A stretch of 64,000 nt of DNA from Octopus sinensis (Eukaryota): the NCBI RefSeq assembly GCF_006345805.1, contig NC_043000.1:157728001-157792000 (forward strand), written 5' to 3'. Below, in pieces: positions 38,588 through 51,215 of this stretch. The position numbers and the translations under genes are program-made. Every line of letters begins with the position of its first letter. Position 1 is the stretch's first letter. The notes below the pieces were generated by a model, which saw only the letters and a list, made by a program, of their open reading frames with translations, was not told the origin of the DNA and searched no databases.

Positions 38588-39059
38588 CGTGTATTTGTGT
38601 GTGTGTGTGTTTGTGTGTGTGTGTATGTGTGTGTGTATGTTATTGCGTGCGTGTGTGTGTATAAGGAAAATAGGACAAGGTAGAAAATGCCAAAATAATT
38701 ATATCATGAAATACATTTTGTAACGGTTAGTACCGACTTCAGCCTTTTCGACTTTTTCAACTTAGAGTATAACAAAGGAGAATATTAATTACGAAGAAAA
38801 ATAATTAAATTGAAGAAAAAAATTAAATGAATTGTTTAGTAAATATTTCCATAGTCTTCAAATGGGTAGGAAATATTCCTTTTTTCTGTCTCTCTCAGTT
38901 TTCTTTTATGAAGGCTCGGTAGGTTGTAGCAGATCTGAAAAAATTGTCTTTGTGGGTGCAGAGAAATATCTGGTTCTGAAATTTGATGGTTTAAGCAGCA
39001 GCAGCCGTGTAGGTGACGCGAATAATGAGGAGGGGAAGATGGGGAGGAAGCAGAAGTGA
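38465..39059 (+). CDS. Candidate two-exon coding chain (38465-38524 joined to 38899-39059)
   Basis: Acceptors TTTCTCTGCAG and TTTTTCTGTCTCTCTCAG. The phase-1 join reads DRFYSSKNCPTNGNVKLRVT-V-FFYEGSVGCSRSEKIVFVGAEKYLVLKFDG...QK*. The first donor (CAG|GTTTTG) is weak. Confidence 0.2.
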
Positions 39060-39074
39060 AAACATAGGCAAGAG

Positions 39075-39480
39075 AAGAAGTAGACGTAGAAGAAGAAGAA
39101 GAAGAAGAAGAAGAAGAAGAAGGAGGAGGAGGAGGAGGAGGAGGAGGAGGAGAAGAAGAAAAAGAAGAAGAAGAAGGAGGAGGAGGAGAAGAAGAAGAAA
39201 AGAGAAGAAGAAGAAGAAGATGAAGGAGAAAAAGAAGAAGAAGAAGAAGAAGAAGGAGAAGAAGAGGAGAAGAGAAGAAGAAGAAGAAGAAGAGGAAGAA
39301 GAAGATGAAGAAAAAGAAGAAGAAGAAGAGGAACAAGAAGAAAAAGAAGAAGAAGAAGAAGAAGGAGGAGGAGGAGAAGAAAAAGAAGAAAAAGAAGAAG
39401 AAGAAGGAGGAGGAGGAGGAGGAGGAGGAGAAGAAAAAGAAGAAGAAGGAGAAGGAGAAGAAAAAGGAGAAGAAGAAGAA
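39075..39480 (+). repeat. Compound (GAA)/(GGA)n trinucleotide tract
   Basis: Direct reading. Confidence 0.95.
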
Positions 39481-40995
39481 TATAGAGAGTGTACCGTACT
39501 GACTACAAGGTGCGAGGCACAACAGTATTATCATTTTTATTCTGCTGCCTCTATAGACATTTTTATAAATATTTACAAAATTTCTAGATATTTACAAAAT
39601 TTCGCAGTGTTGTTGTAAATTTCTAACTGGGTATCTCTCCAGCTCTAATTAATAAACTTGTGAGATTTCCAATTGAGATTATTGTCTCTTTGATTCAGAA
39701 ACATTTTATCTTGGATTGCATACTTGGACATGTATTTCGTTTTGGTTTTGAAATATCTGTGATATCAGGGAGGTTTTGTTGCTACTTCTAGAAGATTTCT
39801 ATAAGATACACCTCATTACACGGATAAGACACCTTGAAAGGATACAAGTCATCATGCGTATCAGCAAAATTGCAATTCAATACGTTGCCCTCTTCTGCAA
39901 GCTACTGGCTGAGAATTCTAAGAATTGGCATGTTCTACTGAAAGCGAAACCGACATAATAAACATAACCAAATCGATTGCTTACCAGTTACCATTACCTC
40001 ATTCGTATTTAGACCAGTCATTTTAAATGATATACTGCTTATGTTATATAGTAGCTCTCAAAGTGTAATTCATACTATTCTTAAGTAAATTATTGAGAAC
40101 CTTTATTTATATCTTTAAGTATATAATCAGAAGATTGAAAGAGTAAAGTATAGGTCAGGACCCATAGTAAGAAATTTTAACTTTTTTTCACGTTAACATT
40201 CCTACCCACTAAACTACACTAGAGTCAAGGAAATCCATATATGCGCCAATGCACTCGTGATTAAGGTCATTAACTTTAAATCTCAAATAGAAGTTGTTGT
40301 TAATTCCGGTTGGAATGTTCGCATAACATCGAATAACACGAAAACCGATGACCAGAGTTCGAACCCTAGTGTACGAAAACTGATGATAGCTTTCAAACAG
40401 TAGTTCAGTTAAAGTAGCCTTCTCAAATTATAGCCTTGCTGATTTCTAATAAAGTCACCTTAGCTGAAAAATTCAGTAGAAGGTGTGGTCAATTAAGCAG
40501 AACTTAATACTTGATTGGGGTTATGTCATGAAACTCACAAAGGGGTCAGATTCAAAATCGATCTCAGCAGTATTTGAATAAATACCGAAAGACGTTTCGT
40601 CTACTGTTCTACTAAATCTGATGCCAATCCAAAAGTATCTGAAAACTAGAACGATAGTAACAAGAATCGACCAAATGGAAAACTACAGCAATTGTAAATG
40701 CAGACTAAATTACTATTACATACTCCACATATTACTGCTCGAGCGATTGACTACATAGCTGAAGTTGAAGCTGAATATCTATGCGAAGCAGCTTGACGTC
40801 TTGAAATTCTTCTATAAAGGAAGGACAGAGAAGCTGATCAAATTCTCCAAATTAGATCGAACAGTAGTTGTGAAGAAATATGCATAGCTTTGCAGAAGTT
40901 TTGGCATTTTTTGATTGATGTTATTGTTGTCTAAATACCAACAAATTGATCTAGTAGCTTAGAGACAGCGTATTGTTCTGCAGATTGGATTTAGT

Positions 40996-41059
<64 letters not shown>

Positions 41060-41256
41060 CGGGGGGAAGAGATAGGGGAGAGAGAGGGAGAAAAAGTAGA
41101 GGAGAGAGATGGAGGGAAGTACAGAGAGGCGGGAGGAGAGAGAAAGACAAGGGACAGTGAGTGAGAAAGAGAAAGGGTTGAATGGAAATGGAAGAAACAA
41201 GGGATAGAGGAAGGAAGACGTCGGTAATTGTTTGATAGTAATATTAATTGATTTGT

Positions 41257-41559
41257 AAAAAAACTGACAGAATCGTTAGCATGCTGGGCAAAATGCTTAG
41301 CATTTCGTCCCATCTTTACGTTCAGAGTTCAAATTCCGCCTACGTCGATTTTGCGTTTCATCCAATCGGAATCGATAAAATAAGTTCAGTTTCTTCCACC
41401 CTTTCATTTCCCCCCTTCTCTTTCTCACTCACTGTCCTTGTTTTATCTTCTTCTCTCCTCCCGCCTCTCTGTCCTTCTCTCCATCCCTCTGAGTACTGGA
41501 CTCGATGTAAACGCGTTACCCCATCCCCAAATTGCTAGCCTTGTGCCAAAATTTGAAAC
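41257..41559 (+). mobile_element. SINE family B with an 18-bp TSD and a 99-bp internal insertion
   Basis: TSD TAATATTAATTGA(T/C)TTGT at 41239-41256 and 41560-41577. Confidence 0.85.
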
Positions 41560-41753
41560 TAATATTAATTGACTTGTCTAAATTCCAAATTCCACCGTGG
41601 CTGATGTTGCATTTCATCTCTATTGGCGGTCGGTTAAAAAAGATACCAGTTGAAAACTGAGGTCGATGCAGCCGACTAAACCCCTCCCTCGAAGTAGCTG
41701 GTCTTGTTCCAAAATTTGAAAGAAATATTAATTGACTTGAAGATAATATATAC

Positions 41754-41799
<46 letters not shown>

Positions 41800-42827
41800 A
41801 AGAAAGAGATATGCATATGAGTGTGTATGCATGTATGTATGTCTGTTTTTGCAAATATAATTCCAATTGTATAATGTAGTGTTTCTCCATCCATTTCAAA
41901 CATGAGGTTTCAGTTGTTTGACCTAGTTAAATATCGGATCATTAAATTACCGTGCGAGTGGCGGAACATTATACAGACTCGCGTAACCTTGAATAATTCT
42001 CAAACATAATTCTCAAGCAGAAAAAAAAAGCATTACACAGTATGATGAAGTTAGACTGTTAATATATATATATATATATTATGCACAGCCCATTTGACAG
42101 GTTCCTCAGCAGTTTTCACGCATCCTATGTTATTCGCAAGATCTAAGATTAAGGTAAATCACAGATTCACAAAAAGCGCTTAAGTAGGTTTGAGTCTGGC
42201 CTTAAAAGTGAAAGCTGCTCAGGGAGTACGACCAAATATTATATAGATCATAAAATGCATAAAGATCTACGGGTTACATGGAAGATTACAAACACACACA
42301 CCCACACACATGTACACACATACACGTATACACATACATACATATAGATATATATATATATACATACCTACATACATATACTTGTATGCACACATGCGTA
42401 TACATGTATTTTACGTATTCGTATACATGCATAGGTATGCACATAACTATATATATACGTATATACACACACGCGCATGCAGACATGCACATATATATAT
42501 ACCATGTATATATAGATAGAGGCATACAAACGCACCCGTGCTCACACATATATACAGGCGTGCGAATGGAAACACACATAGACACACACACACACACAAA
42601 TACAAATTGATTGTCTTCCAGTTGGCTTCCATTTAATTATTCAACTTTCGTATCTGATCATTTTCAGAAATTCATCTTTTTTAGATCATAATGCTTGTGG
42701 TTCTTTCATCATATAATTGATAAAGAGTTTCCCTAAGCAAAGTAAATCTCTACCAGACATGCAGCTACAGCTTCCGCAGTGTTCTGCGCAGACACACAAC
42801 CGAGGATATATGTATATATATATATGT

Positions 42828-43177
42828 GGAGGCGCAATGGCCCAGTGGTTAGGGCAGCGGACTCGCGGTTGTAGGATCGCGGTTTCGATTCCCAGACCGG
42901 GCGTTGTGAGTGTTTATTGAGCGAAAACACCTAAAGCTCCACGAGGCTCCGGCAGGGATGGTGGTGATCCCTGCTGTACTCTTTCATCACAACTTTCTCT
43001 CACTCTTACTTCCTGTTTCTGTTGTACGTGTATTTCAAAGGGCCGGCCTTGTCACTCTCTGTGTCACGCTGAATATCTGTGGAGTGCTCAGTCACTTACA
43101 CGTTAATTTCACGAGCAGGCTGTTCCGTTGATCGGATCAACCGGAATCCTCGTCGTCGTAACCTACAGAGTGCTTCC

Positions 43178-43178
<1 letters not shown>
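42828..43178 (+). mobile_element. tRNA-derived SINE family A, near full length
   Basis: Head GGCGCAATGGCCCAGTGGTTAGGGCAGCGGACTCGCGG..GGTTTCGATTCC with A- and B-box-like motifs. Flanked by (TA)n. Matches 760-923 in reverse. Confidence 0.88.
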
Positions 43179-43212
<34 letters not shown>

Positions 43213-43252
43213 ATATATACGTGTGTGTGTGTGTGTATGCGTGTATGTGTGT

Positions 43253-43298
<46 letters not shown>

Positions 43299-43329
43299 AC
43301 ACACATACACGCATACACACACACACACG

Positions 43330-43362
<33 letters not shown>

Positions 43363-43370
43363 TATATATA

Positions 43371-43428
<58 letters not shown>

Positions 43429-43627
43429 CATACATGTATAGAAACAAAAGCATACATGCATAAAACGAAACATCGAGAAGAGCTGCAGGAAATTCCGAAG
43501 TCGTCTGGTGGCCATGGTTTAAGATATTTTTTTGTAATTTTTGTAAATATATCTGTTAAAATGTGATGTCAGCGATATTTTAGTTTTTGCGTAAGCGTAA
43601 TTTATTCACTGCTCCCTGTATATACTC

Positions 43628-43858
43628 GCACCGTATGGCTCAGTGATTAGCGCGTCAAGCCTACAATCCTGAGGCTGTGAGTTTGATTCCCGGACTGGAC
43701 TGTGTGTGTTGTTCTTGAGCAAGAGACTTTACTTTACGTTGCTTCAGTTCATTTAGCTTTAGAAATGTGTTGCGACGTCACTGGTGCCAAGCTGTATTGG
43801 ATTTCGCATTTCCCTTTGATAACATCGGTGGCGTGAAGAGGGGAGAATGGTGTGTATG
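43628..43858 (+). mobile_element. SINE family D, 3'-truncated
   Basis: TGGCTCAGTGATTAG head, GTTCTTGAGCAAG and GCGACGTCACTGGTGCCAAGCTGTAT. Confidence 0.8.
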
Positions 43859-45288
43859 TACGTATGCATATGTACATATATATGTGTGTGTGTGTGTGTG
43901 TGTCTTTATATGTCCATCGACATGCACATTTGTTCATGAGGTGGAAATTTAGTTATTCGTTGAACTGAATTAGTTTCCGATTAAACCAATCTAGGAGTGG
44001 GTAAGTATTTGATATGCACGTGTACCCTTCACCTATTTCTCGGAAAGAATCCTAATGACGCAGTGTACAACATTTTGAATCACAAATACATCTTTGAATC
44101 ACAAATACAATCAAAACCGAAGGGCTTCCATGCAAAATTGCATTATTTATTGGAATGTGCTCGTGCTGATAAACACAGACAAAATAGCTATATTTATAGA
44201 TGTATTTATGTAGGTCCCCATATATATAAACATGGTATATTCATATGTTATTGAAAATATGCTATCAAAGCATATTTTCAATGTACTTTAATCTGCACGA
44301 AACACACATTTGCTACACAAAAAACATGCGCTATACACAACATACTATATCAGAAACATGCCTTTAGTGACATAACTAGCAATTGATAGGCGCCTTGTTT
44401 CAAAATAAGAAAACAGTATCTAAAATATATATGCTTAATATCTGATCAGTGTGGTGATGGCAGATTATTTTGCTGATAATTGAGACAGTCACACAAGGGT
44501 AACATTTTTTTTTAATATTGAAATACTGATCTTTTGGATGAAGTAATGGCATTCCTTATAAATTTAGTAACGATATGATGTCTATACGTTTAGAAAATTA
44601 CGTGGCATTCAGATATGTGGTCTGTAAGGTGACCAACTCTATATCCCGTAGTTATACAGAAATACGAAACAAAGCAATATAATCCACTTTATAGTGATGA
44701 ATCTCGACAGATAGGCTCCATATTACATGGAATTCGAAGTAATATCCTCACCGTTACAGCATTGTATACTCACTCGTTTGAGGGTTGGTATTTATTGAGA
44801 AAAATCAATATTTTCATTGAGATGTGCTTAAAGTACATCAACAATTTATACAAATTTCAATGTTTCTTTTATGCATAACTAAAGAAACTTTATATTTGCT
44901 TTCCAAGAACTATTTGCCAAATATCTTAGAAGATTACGATGCTATGAAAGATATCTCCTGATTCTCAAAAAAGTGGAAATATCGTCTGTTCTGCATAAAT
45001 ACACATTTTTCTCTACACCACATCATTCTCCTTTTCCGTAATATAATGTTGTTTGCGTATATTTTTAAGTAAATATTCGTCATTAGGGGCGGTGTTAAAA
45101 CGATAGAGATACGGTTGTTGCATTTCTTTTCCCACATTCCATGTTAAATTCTTGCTGAAGTACATTCGCAAGTACACTCAAAACAGTAGACTAAAAGTTT
45201 CGACACAGTTGTCTATTATCTCCTGTGAAAATGCAATGCACGTCTTATTCCCATTATAAAGTTTATCATTAGAAAATATATATACATA

Positions 45289-45352
<64 letters not shown>

Positions 45353-45391
45353 ACAGAGAGATTCGTGGTTGTCGTAATCCCCATCCTCCAA

Positions 45392-45481
45392 ATGATCGAA
45401 TTCAAGCAGTTTTTTTTACCGATTGTTATATGTCTTCCATTACTTCAAATTCCAAGCAACTCTCTTCGTTACATTAGACAG
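45392..45481 (+). CDS. Candidate exon encoding signal-peptide-like MIEFKQFFLPIVICLPLLQIPSNSLRYIRQ
   Basis: Open 30 codons ending at a consensus donor CAG|GTGAGT in phase 0. Confidence 0.28.
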
Positions 45482-45838
45482 GTGAGTAAATAAACGCTTA
45501 TCATATGTTCGGTAACACAGTAAACAGTAATGAACAGTACAAGACTAATTCTTGTTCTTCACTATCTTGTTGTTCTTTAGTTTAGATAAGTACTGACAAG
45601 GTAGGCTTGTCATTGATTATGTTGAATGTTTGATAAACAGGCCATCTGTCTGTTTATCAAACATTCCATATCCGAGACTACATAATTCTTTCAAGAATGC
45701 AAGATTTAATTCAGGGAAAACGTGATCGTTTATCTGACGGCTTAAACAGGCACAGAGAACAGTCTTTCTTAGCGCTTTAGAGAATATCTATGCTGTTGCT
45801 GTATATTTCTCGCTGACAGCATCATAAGCGTAAAGTGT

Positions 45839-46150
45839 AACCTCTCGAAAGAGCTGTTCTTCCCTCCTGCTCCTGAGCATGGGCTGCGGGGTCACTCCGA
45901 AAAGCTCTATCTACGACGATTTCATCTCAATCGAAGGAGAGGGGCTTTCTCCGTCCGGTTTGCGGATCCGTGGAATAAGCTGCTGGACGAGATAGTGAAG
46001 ATGCCGACGACCGCTGGGTTCAAAGTCTCTCTTGACCGGAAATGGCCTGAACTCTTTGTATGACCATCTTCACTGTACATAACTCCCTGTCCCCCTACAT
46101 GGCCTTGCTTTTGCTTTTTGAGCCAATAAAAATTTAATTAAAATTAAATA
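45839..46150 (+). mobile_element. CR1-clade LINE 3' end (5'-truncated)
   Basis: ATG-less frame 45839-46063: PEHGLRGHSEKLYLRRFHLNRRRGAFSVRFADPWNKLLDEIVKMPTTAGFKVSLDRKWPELFV*. This matches the CR1 C-terminal pattern RGH..KL...R..FS.R....WN.L...V......FK..LD. A short 3'UTR with AATAAA and an (AAATT)-type tail follows. Confidence 0.85.
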
Positions 46151-46711
46151 AATTAAAATTACCCTCTATCACAAACTATGATCTAAGTCATTCCAGCCTT
46201 GTCTTCTTCGATTCGTTATCCAGCGTTTTCAACGATTAGCTGCTTATCTGAGGACGATTTAGTCGTTATATTTTTCTAGGAAGTCAAATCTTACTCACTG
46301 CTGTGTCGAATATAATGTTATTTAGTCACTAGTATTACCTTATGAAAATTTAGCTTTTGCTCCTGTCAAGTCCAGCAAACACGCATATATTCGCTCAGAA
46401 TTTCATAATCTATTCAGGATGATCAGGCTCATATTTTCTCTTGGGTAAATAAACTTGAAAGGATATAGATTATGAACAATAGAGATATCAACCCAGAAGC
46501 CACAGCTGAAGACCAGACTATTCCTTTTGTAATAAAGTTGGTGATGTAGCTATCAATCACTCTAAACAATATTATGTTGTTTGGCAATGGACCCAGAATA
46601 TTAAATGCTTCAGGGCAGAATTGGCTACGGATTTGGTAGATACATATTTTATAAAGCTAAAGTAATCATTACAGTTTTAGAGGAATAATTAATCAAAATT
46701 AATGTCGATAT

Positions 46712-46771
<60 letters not shown>

Positions 46772-46772
46772 A

Positions 46773-46823
<51 letters not shown>

Positions 46824-46832
46824 ATATATATT

Positions 46833-46915
<83 letters not shown>

Positions 46916-47215
46916 GTTTACCTATATGATTACGTACTTTGTTACGTATCGATTTATCCATTAGTTGGTTTTCCGCAAATTTCATTCTCTTCCTGTTTCT
47001 CCTTCTTGCAATTTTTCCTTAGATATATTCCCGCATCAATACGTACCCAGGTACATAGGTACACAAATATATAAATACATATACATATACATACGTAATA
47101 CATACATACATACATACGTACATACATACATACAAACATTCATACATACATACATACGCATATTTAATATTAGTTATATGTAAGTATCTATGTACGTACG
47201 TATGGATGTTTGTAT

Positions 47216-47480
47216 ATATCTTTTATCATTTACGTGTTTCAGTCATTAGACTGCGGCCATGCTGGGACACACTTTGAATTTTTAGTAGAATAAATCGACA
47301 CCAGTAGTTATTTTTAAAGCCTGGTACTTATTCTATCAGCCTCTTTTGCCGAACCACTAAGTTACGGGGACCTAAGCACACCACCACCGGTTGCCAAACA
47401 TTAATGGGGAGAAAAACAGACACAAAAATGCACAAACATCTATATACACATATATTAACGACCTGCTTCTTTCATTTTCA
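47216..47480 (-). mobile_element. SINE family C, 3' half
   Basis: GACTGCGGCCATGCTGGG, CTGGTACTTATTCTATC and TTTTGCCGAACCACTAAGTTACGGGGAC. Confidence 0.8.
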
Positions 47481-48222
47481 TATGTATATATATATATATA
47501 TATACTTATATAGAACTATATTAGCGTAGGCATGTTTGTAGGTGAGTGCATATGTGTGGTTGTGTGTGCATATGCTCATGTGTGTAATAAATATAGAATA
47601 CGCCAAATGTTATTGAAGCATTTTGTTAGTTTATATTACTTCTTAAGTTTGATCGAGAGAATTATTGCATATGATAGTGTGACATAATATATATATATGT
47701 TTTATCATATCACTAATAAAATTCCTTTGATTCACTGCATGGAGTTCAACGTCCCTGTGGAATAAAGACGATGAATTTACTCTGCGGAATATTTCTATCC
47801 GTTGCCCTTATTTGGTATCTTCCGATGCTTTTATTTTGTAACTATCCAGAACACCAAACTGCGAAAAATATTTAATGTCATTGATTTATTGTTCAGACTA
47901 AAAATTTATTACAATATGCAGAAAGAGAAAATAGATAACAGTACGACTATCAGCTGATCTCTGTCTTGCCTCGATCCTCACCAACAATGGTCAGGCATAG
48001 GAGTAAATGCATTCAAGCTGTGACTCTTCTGTTTGTTTTACGAACAACATTATACCAGATAAAGCTTGTCATTCTGTAAGATTGTTTGCTGTGATAGAAA
48101 GGAAATTCCAGTGCTATTTCTGGCCGGTTGAATGACCATGCAGAGGTTTCCTTCTTGGCTGCAACATTTAAAATGCAATGTAGTACAATGTAGCAGTAGC
48201 TCTCTCTATTAAATGCTAAATA

Positions 48223-48455
48223 TATTTCTTTATTACCCACAAGGGGCTAAATATAGAGGGGACAAACAAGGACAGACAAAGTGATTAAATCGATTACATC
48301 GACCCCAGCGCGTCACTTGTACTTAATTTATCGACCCCGAAATGATGAAAGGCAAAGCCGACCTCGGCGGAATTTGAACTCACAACGTAACGGCAGACGA
48401 AATACCGCAAATCATTTCGCCCGACGTGCTAACGTTTCTGCCAGCTCGCCGCCTC
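48223..48455 (-). mobile_element. SINE family B (tail variant 1) with a 19-bp TSD
   Basis: TSD CTCTATTAAATG(C/T)TAAATA at 48204-48222 and 48453-48471. Confidence 0.9.
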
Positions 48456-48675
48456 TATTAAATGTTAAATAGCTTCCAACTGTGCATAAGTACATGTTCG
48501 GGTGCAAGGAACTCAATATAGTTTTGTCTGGCGTATCGAAAGCAAGAGTTTCTATTAGCTTGTAATTAATTGGTTGACAACAATACATTTACGATATTTA
48601 TTATGAGTACTCTAGTATTTTAACGGGAGCAAGAAGGTCAGCATTACTTTCAATATAGAAACAGACAGACAGACA

Positions 48676-48750
<75 letters not shown>

Positions 48751-48875
48751 TTGTGAATGTGTGTGTATATATATGTACATATATATATTCATGAGTGTTT
48801 ATGTGTCTGAATATTTTATATATATGTACACATACATAACATAAACACGCACATATTTCGATATAGGTGGGCGTA

Positions 48876-48943
<68 letters not shown>

Positions 48944-49103
48944 GTATAAAGACATGTATGAAATACATCGTACATATATATACGTACATATATCTATATC
49001 CATATGTATGTATGTATGTATGTATCTATCTATCTATCTGTCTATCTATCTACCTATCTATCTATCTATCTATCTATCTGCGCGTGCGTATAATCTTGCG
49101 TAA

Positions 49104-49164
49104 ATGAAAGGAGAAATATGTCTCCTCCGACCAGCAGTTTTGTTAACCCTGCTAATTGCAGTTG
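49104..49164 (+). CDS. Candidate first coding exon encoding a signal peptide, MKGEICLLRPAVLLTLLIAV(G)
   Basis: ATG, a hydrophobic core, then a consensus donor G|GTAAGT in phase 1. No homology recognised. Confidence 0.4.
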
Positions 49165-49496
49165 GTAAGTTCTTGAATGTTAACTGTACATTAATTCCCA
49201 TTGCCTATGGAACAATGACGCCATCGCAAATGAAACGAAGAACATCCATAACATTTCAATTCCCTGCTGTGTACGATGAAGGAAAAGTAGCGTGAAAATA
49301 TAGCAATAAGAAATTGAAAGCCCTATATAAGTTTAATATTGGTAAAAATATGTCAGAATCAATACGACCCACTCACAACGTTGCATTCAAAACATTATAA
49401 TGCTTTATTTTGTTCATTTAGCACACACCAGCTCATATCTGAATGCGGTTATGTACAAGTAAATGTATGAGTGTGTGTATATACATAAATTCATAC

Positions 49497-49596
<100 letters not shown>

Positions 49597-49840
49597 GATA
49601 GATACGTATGTATGTATATGTCTGTATATCAATTATATGTGTGGGGGTCTCATGTTTATATATTGGATTCTTTCACTGACTAATGGTCAGCTTTGGATTT
49701 GTATAATTTCTTAGAGATATACGCTTCATTTATTCTACCCGGCACACGAACAATATAAAAATACACGCAATATGCAATCACACATAACACCTATGACATA
49801 TACTCACATAACGCATACATATGAATATATATAATTATGA

Positions 49841-49871
<31 letters not shown>

Positions 49872-49907
49872 ATATATATATATTGTGTGTGTGTGTGTGT
49901 GTATGTA

Positions 49908-49959
<52 letters not shown>

Positions 49960-50339
49960 CGCCACTTCTTACGCTGACAACACACTAATTAATCAACTTA
50001 TTTGGCACATGTGAGACAGTTTACTTCGAAGACAATAGGATTTCTTGGCTAAGAACACAATTATACATCTTCAAACAATTATGTACTCAAATACACGCGA
50101 GTGTTTTATTTCTTCAATTTCATGCCAGCTATATATTCTCTGGGCCTCCCTAGGTGTTTGCATCACACTCCGCACCCAACATCTACTCGCTCCTATATAT
50201 ATATATATATATATGTATATATGAAAAGAAGTGAAAAGAGAGGGAGGGAGATGGAGGAGAGACAGTGACAGAGTGAGAGAGGTTAGAGGGATTGCACCGG
50301 TTCATGAATTTGTTTGCTGAAGCTGAAGATAGTCCCGAC

Positions 50340-50425
50340 CGACACGGAAGCGTTATGACGTCAACGAAAATCTGTAAGTGTCAAGTAACTCCGCCCACAC
50401 ACGCTAGCAATTCCGTTGGCCATTA
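50340..50425. promoter_or_regulatory. CpG-containing cluster of promoter-type motifs
   Basis: CGGAAG (ETS), TGACGTCA (CRE), CTCCGCCCAC (GC box) and TTGGCCAT within ~85 bp in otherwise AT-rich DNA. Confidence 0.3.
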
Positions 50426-50859
50426 AAAGTTTTGACGTGTTGCAGCTCCTAATAAATTTGGTTTCCTTGTATTTATAAACCTAAAGTGCATTTACACATT
50501 GCCTTTATACATACAGGTGAGGGTGTGTGATTGTGTAGGTGTGTATGTGTGTGTGGTGTGCGTAGGTGTGTGTTTGCGTCTACACACACACACTAACAGA
50601 CCAAAAGCTTTAATAGAAAAGAGACTGGAGTAGACCAAGTATGGAATGTTTGGATGATAATATCCACAGCCTCAATTGGTCACGCCGAGGAATCATGTAG
50701 GAAAATCTAATAACAGCTGATTCTGAGTGGACCCTATGGAAAAGGCGCCTGAGGAATATATTCAGACGATCCTCTCTGCAGAATATGCGTGAGTGTGTAT
50801 ACGTAGGTATGTATGTATGCATGTAATGTATATATATATGTATATATCGTTTAAGTTTG

Positions 50860-51215
50860 TTTTTACTTGTTTAGGTCAACGGGCTCTGGCCATGCTGGGG
50901 CACTCCCTTGTATGGCTTTCGTCGACTGAATGGCTCCCATGACGTGTTTTTATTAGACTTGTTCATCCGTCTCCTTTGCTGAAGAAACTGATTGTCATAC
51001 ATACATTCATACATACATACATACATACATATATCCATACATACACACACATATACACACATGTTTACATAAACACAACAGGCTTTTTTTTCTTAATTTC
51101 TGTCTAAAAAAATCAACTCACAAATCGTTAGTTGACCTGGGGCTATAGCAGAAAGCCCAAGCCCGAGGAACTATGCTGTGACACTGAACTCAGAGCTAAG
51201 TGATTCTTACAGACA
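50860..51215 (-). mobile_element. SINE family C, diverged
   Basis: GGCCATGCTGGGGCAC, GGGGCTATAGCAGAA and GACACTGAACTC. Confidence 0.65.

Noticed and set aside
38836-39618. 201-aa and 232-aa poly-R/K/E and poly-F/S/P ORFs
   Set aside because: Read-through of the (GAA/GGA)n tract; no complex sequence to support coding.
40697-40890. Frame MQTKLLLHTPHITARAIDYIAEVEAEYLCEAA*RLEILYKGRTEK..., possibly a pseudogene
   Set aside because: It has an internal stop, and the TPH motif alone is too little to assign a family.
42828-42900. tRNA-like heads with A/B boxes (also 60720-60795 and 1894-1960)
   Set aside because: They continue into SINE bodies and lack a complete cloverleaf, so they are not tRNA genes.
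50717-50788. DSEWTLWK resemblance to the cathepsin I29 propeptide
   Set aside because: The match is only a few residues and needs a gap, and no protease exons are visible nearby.
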